Assembly (NCBI GenBank): GCA_964195405.1
Contig: CAXMPK010000145.1
Span: 1 to 55,924 of the forward strand
DNA from: an uncultured Acidimicrobiia bacterium
GTDB lineage: Bacteria; Actinomycetota; Acidimicrobiia; Spongiisociales; ZC4RG35
Length of the DNA stretch: 55,924 nt
Reading direction: 5' to 3'
In this document: piece by piece, positions 53,326 through 55,924 of the stretch
Layout: each line of letters opens with the position of its first letter
How positions within the stretch are numbered: position 1 is the first letter of the stretch
Made by a program: the position numbers and the translations under genes
The notes under the pieces: model-generated
The model's input: the letters and a program-made list of their open reading frames with translations, nothing else
Told to the model about the DNA's origin: nothing
The model's database searches: none

Positions 53326-55275
53326 GTGTTGAGACGATCGATACTCGTTCTCATTGCCCTTGTGTTGGGGGCGCTTCCAGTGCTGGCCCAAACCGTCGGC
53401 GTCGAAATAGAGATAGTCGATATCAACGGATCTCGGTATCCAGACGGTGGGCAAACCACCATGGTCATCGAGTTCCGAAATCTTACTGATACGCCCAATC
53501 CGGCTGAACTAGAAGTCACAGCCAACGGCGAACCTGTAGCAGATCTCGTAGTCACTTCTCTTGCTGAGTCAACTGTTCCAGTTGGTGTAGTGCTGGCGAT
53601 CGACGGCTCCGGGTCGATGTCGGGTGCTCCCCTCGAGGCGGCAAAGACGGCCGCCAAAGACTTCGTTTCTCAGGCCAGGGTCGAGGATCGAATCGCGCTT
53701 ATCGTGTTTGCCGATGAGGTGGAGGTCCTTTCGGGATTCACCGGAAACCTCGATGTTGTGACTGCTCTGATCGACTCGATCGAAGCTGGGGGACAGACCG
53801 CTTTCAATGATGCGGTGATCAAGGGCGTAGAGATGTACGACACCAGTTCCGCGAGGAGTCTGTTGCCGAATATGATCATCCTCACCGACGGTGATGACAC
53901 CGTGTCGGTGGCAACGTTGGAAGAGGCAGTCGCGGTCGTAGCGGGGAGCAACGTTCGCGTTTTTGGTGTTGCCCTCGAGTCACCTGACTTCAACCCTGAT
54001 CCGGTTCAGGCGGTGGCGGAGGCGGGCAACGGCCTTTTCTTGTCGACTCCGGACCCTGAGCAGCTGTCGAGTCTCTACGACGAGATCAGTCGAGAGATCA
54101 GCAACACTCTTGTGGCACGGTTCGTTTCGCCGATCGCCACACCTGGAGATGTCGAATTCAGAGCGGCCTATCAAGGGCTTGGTGCATCAACCACCTTCGC
54201 GGTGTCGGGGTACGCCACCACAACCACGACGGGTCCAACCACAACCACAAGCTTGTCGCCGATCACAACAATTGTGATCGACAGCAGTGCACCACTCGAC
54301 TCGTCGAAGTTGATCTTGATTGCCGCAGTCGGTGTTGGACTCACACTCTTCCTGTTCTTGGTGATCCTGTTTGGTCGCGAAGACGAGGACGACCCAGGTC
54401 GTTTCGCGAAGCGTCTCCAGGCTTATGGACGGAAAGGCAATCCTGCCGGCGAGGAGAAAAAGTCATTCCTGGAGCGAATTCCCTTGTTGAGTCGTTTCAC
54501 GGAAGCTGCCGAAGAAGAGGTCAAGAGACGTGGTTTGCTGTCAGGAGTCAACTCTGCTCTTGAGCAAGCGAACGTTCCGATGGCACCCGGAGAAGCCATC
54601 TTGGCGATGCTCGGTCTCGCTGCCGTTGGCGGTGTGTTCGCGGCCATTCTCAATGGTCTTATTTGGGGAGCTATAACCTTTGGCGGTCTTCTTGTCCTCT
54701 TTGTCTTCGTGGTCAATTTCGCCGGAGGCCGAGAGAAGAAGAAGTTTGAGAAACAGCTCCCTGACACGTTGACACTGTTGTCAACCTCGCTCCGAGCGGG
54801 GTATTCGCTCTTGCAGGCAACGGAAGCCGTAGCCTCTGAAGCCCCCAACCCAACTGCTCGAGAGTTCGGCCGGGCCATTGCTGAGGCCCGACTGGGTATG
54901 ACCGTCACTGACGCTCTTAACGGTATCACCGAGCGATCTCAGTCGAAGGACTTCGAGTGGGCAGTGATGGCGATCGAAATACAACGCGAAGTGGGAGGAA
55001 ACCTTGCCGAAGTCCTTCAAACTGTTGCTGACACGATGAGAGCACGTAATCGGTTGAAGGGGGAAATCGTCGCGCTAACCGCTGAGGGGCGAATTTCAGC
55101 GATCGTTCTGGGGTCACTTCCGTTCTTCCTATTTGGTTTTCTCTGGTTCAGCAATCGCGACTACCTGCTGCCGCTCCTCGAGTCGAGCTTCGGCCGCATC
55201 GCTATCGGGGTTGGGCTACTGCTGATAGCGGCCGGGATCTGGTGGCTCAAGAAGATTGTGGATATCGAAATATGA
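53326..55275 (+). CDS. tadB: VWA domain-TadB (T2SS F-family) fusion protein
   Basis: Signal peptide, MIDAS DGSGS...T...LTDG, Thr-rich linker, TM, then QLPDTL..L..SLRAG, IQREVGGNLAEVL, LTAEGR.S. Confidence 0.9.
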   Translation: MLRRSILVLIALVLGALPVLAQTVGVEIEIVDINGSRYPDGGQTTMVIEFRNLTDTPNPAELEVTANGEPVADLVVTSLAESTVPVGVVLAIDGSGSMSGAPLEAAKTAAKDFVSQARVEDRIALIVFADEVEVLSGFTGNLDVVTALIDSIEAGGQTAFNDAVIKGVEMYDTSSARSLLPNMIILTDGDDTVSVATLEEAVAVVAGSNVRVFGVALESPDFNPDPVQAVAEAGNGLFLSTPDPEQLSSLYDEISREISNTLVARFVSPIATPGDVEFRAAYQGLGASTTFAVSGYATTTTTGPTTTTSLSPITTIVIDSSAPLDSSKLILIAAVGVGLTLFLFLVILFGREDEDDPGRFAKRLQAYGRKGNPAGEEKKSFLERIPLLSRFTEAAEEEVKRRGLLSGVNSALEQANVPMAPGEAILAMLGLAAVGGVFAAILNGLIWGAITFGGLLVLFVFVVNFAGGREKKKFEKQLPDTLTLLSTSLRAGYSLLQATEAVASEAPNPTAREFGRAIAEARLGMTVTDALNGITERSQSKDFEWAVMAIEIQREVGGNLAEVLQTVADTMRARNRLKGEIVALTAEGRISAIVLGSLPFFLFGFLWFSNRDYLLPLLESSFGRIAIGVGLLLIAAGIWWLKKIVDIEI

Positions 55276-55924
55276 ATCTTCTCGAATCAATTGACGGTCA
55301 GCTTCTTGCCGTAGTCGCGGTCTTTATCCTGGTGGTTTTCGTAATCGTCTGGGTCGGGATGGGTGTGACTCGAGCGCGGGAGGAAATGACGGACAAGTTG
55401 GCTCTTTATGGGCAGAACCAGGCGATCCAGGATGCCCGAGAAGAGGAATTGGCCAAACCGCTGGCTCAGCGAACTGTGGGTCCGATCGTAATCGGCCTCT
55501 CCAGTTTCATGAGGCGCTTCACACCCGTTGGCTATCTCGAGAAGATTCAGCACAACTTGGTGTTGGCGGGAAATCCCACGAATCTCGATGCCCCTGCATT
55601 TGTGGTCATCAAGCTCTTGACCACGACCGCAGGGCTCATCGCTGGATTCTTTCTTGTTGACTTCGGAGATGACGGACTACAGCGCACAGTTCTCTTCGTC
55701 ATGCCAATAGCCCTCGGTTTCTTTGGTCCGACTGCTTGGCTGCGACGCAAAATAGACGATCGCTCCAAAACAATGCTGCGAGCGCTACCCGACATTCTCG
55801 ATCTGCTGGTCATCTCAGTTGAGGCAGGTCTGGGGTTCGATTCGGCGCTAACTCGTGTGGTAGCGCCGGTCCCCGGCCCGCTGTCAGAGGAATTCTTTCG
55901 GATGCTTCAAGAAACCGGCGCGGG
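55272..55924 (+). CDS. tadC: TadC (T2SS F-family) membrane protein, truncated by the window end
   Basis: Not in the ORF track. ATG 55272 overlaps the tadB stop; open to the window end; ends ...LPDILDLLVISVEAGLGFDSAL.RV...PLSEEF.R. Confidence 0.9.
   Translation, partial: MNLLESIDGQLLAVVAVFILVVFVIVWVGMGVTRAREEMTDKLALYGQNQAIQDAREEELAKPLAQRTVGPIVIGLSSFMRRFTPVGYLEKIQHNLVLAGNPTNLDAPAFVVIKLLTTTAGLIAGFFLVDFGDDGLQRTVLFVMPIALGFFGPTAWLRRKIDDRSKTMLRALPDILDLLVISVEAGLGFDSALTRVVAPVPGPLSEEFFRMLQETGA

Overview
High-GC, gene-dense core-chromosome window from an actinobacterium. The gene set and small conserved hypotheticals suggest class Acidimicrobiia (inference). In order, it holds: a MoxR/DUF58/transglutaminase-like triad; two hypotheticals and an HNH nuclease; a dcw cluster (mraZ-rsmH-ftsL-ftsI-murE-mraY-murD-ftsW-murG-murC-murB-ftsQ-ftsZ-pgeF-yggS-sepF-yggT-divIVA, with no murF, ddl or ftsA); a convergent type-2 ileS; DUF167-dksA/traR-lspA-rluA-rhomboid-dnaE; a minus-strand run of thyX, a 72-aa protein, two ArsA/Get3-like ATPases and a HAD enzyme; nth, MATE, MFS, ccdA, ygfZ, a two-component system, an amidohydrolase, tRNA-Leu(CAA), polA, rpsA; and the start of a Tad/Flp pilus operon. 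I saw no CRISPR array, transposase, integrase or prophage. The best leads are: (1) an IleRS with both class-I signature motifs altered (GIHT for HIGH, EMHGS for KMSKS); (2) a Get3-like ATPase pair flanked by a tail-anchored HAD and a small protein ending in an Hsp20-like motif, possibly a bacterial tail-anchor targeting module; (3) a FliA/sigma28-type promoter before a Tad operon that carries a VWA-TadB fusion; (4) an 84-nt hairpin that occludes the rsmH start; (5) a cysteine-pair-rich FtsI. All functional calls come from motif recognition by eye; no searches were run.
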